Assembly: GCA_963714015.1 (NCBI GenBank)
Contig: OY970223.1
Location: forward strand, 2,784,001 to 2,848,000
Origin: Vulcanimicrobiota bacterium
GTDB lineage: Bacteria > Vulcanimicrobiota > Vulcanimicrobiia > Vulcanimicrobiales > Vulcanimicrobiaceae
Direction of reading: 5' to 3'
Length of the DNA stretch: 64,000 nucleotides
In this document: one piece after another, positions 63,233-64,000 of the stretch
How positions within the stretch are numbered: position 1 is the first letter of the stretch
Layout of the letters: each line of letters opens with the position of its first letter
Notes under the pieces: generated by a model
Database searches by the model: none
What the model saw: only the letters and a program-made list of their open reading frames with translations
What the model was told of the DNA's origin: nothing
Made by a program: the position numbers and the translations under genes

Positions 63233-64000
63233 CTACATACGCCACGCCCATGCGTTCCAAAATGTCGAACCGAGGGGGGACGGGGCAAAGCCGTGGACTG
63301 GTCGCTGGAAAGCGTCCGGCATGTCGACTTGCCACAACGTGAGTTCGGGCAAGTCGCGAATAAGTTCGCGCTGCACTGCTGCATAATCTTCGATTCGACG
63401 CTGCGTATCGAACGTTTCCAGCGCATCATGCATAGCGGCGTCCGCCCGTTTGCTGCACCAGAAATAAGAATTTTCTCCGGCCGGCGGCTGCTGGTCGCAT
63501 GCGAAGTTCCAAGAATCGTCGGGATCCGGGCCGAGCGTCCACCACGCATTATAGGCCAGCTGGTAACGTCCATTGGCCAGAACGCCGCCGGCGGTTTTCG
63601 GATCCCACATCAGTCCCGGCGGATACGTTTTTATGTCGACGCCTATCCCGACGTCGTGCAGATAGCGCTGAACGACCGTAGCCACCAGCGCCGAACCGTT
63701 GATTCCTTGCGGCGCAATCGCCAGCGAGAGGCTCGAGCAAACGTCCCTTTCTTGATCGGATACCGCCGGGTCCCATATGCCAGCCGCTCTGCTCGAGCAA
63801 TCGGCGCGCCGTTTGCGGATCGTAGCGAATGCGATCGAGCCGAGGATCGTACGCCCAGCCGTTCCTCGGCTGGTCCCCTTCGAGCGCGATTCCGGCACCG
63901 TGAGTAGCGACTTGCATCAGCTTTTCGCGATCGATCGCGTGCGCGACGGCTCGGCGCACCCTGACGTCGCCGACTACCGGATCGCGCAGGTTGAACTCCA
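63233..64000 (-). CDS. Peptide ABC transporter substrate-binding protein (family 5), 3' part; frameshift near 63735
   Basis: VRRAVAHAIDRE, YDPQTARRLLEQSGW; second frame VGIGVDIK..FWNAWAW. Confidence 0.85.

Overview
GC-rich bacterial chromosome segment, tentatively Eremiobacterota/Vulcanimicrobiota-like (inferred only from gene repertoire: Firmicutes-type CsrA/FliW/FlaG/Amj together with diderm L/P-ring genes). (1) 1-23.1 kb is mostly housekeeping: disulfide oxidoreductase, glpX, a GT-C/GtrA cluster, amj, M16 peptidase, proS, pduO, NUDIX, APC permease, and the rpsB-tsf-pyrH-frr-uppS-cdsA-dxr-rseP-ispG cluster. (2) About 23.7-38.2 kb is a glycan-modification island: dTDP-4-amino-4,6-dideoxyhexose pathway, WbqC, acetyl- and methyltransferases, a PhyH dioxygenase, a GT41-like transferase, and a PAPS-supply module (cysD, cysNC, TSUP) with a sulfotransferase. 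(3) An ExeA-ATPase gene pair follows. (4) 40.7-61.5 kb is a late flagellar locus (flgFG-A-H-I-J-N-K-L, fliW, csrA, flagellin, three glycosyltransferases, flaG, fliD, fliS). Sigma-28-type promoters precede flgF, flagellin and flaG, and also the sulfotransferase, suggesting a flagellin glycosylation plus sulfation system. Other notable items: a highly structured 34-bp inverted-repeat element downstream of flagellin, an SD-sequestering structured flgF leader, and an ATT start codon on rfbA. About a dozen single-base frameshifts, some in essential genes, are most likely sequencing errors.
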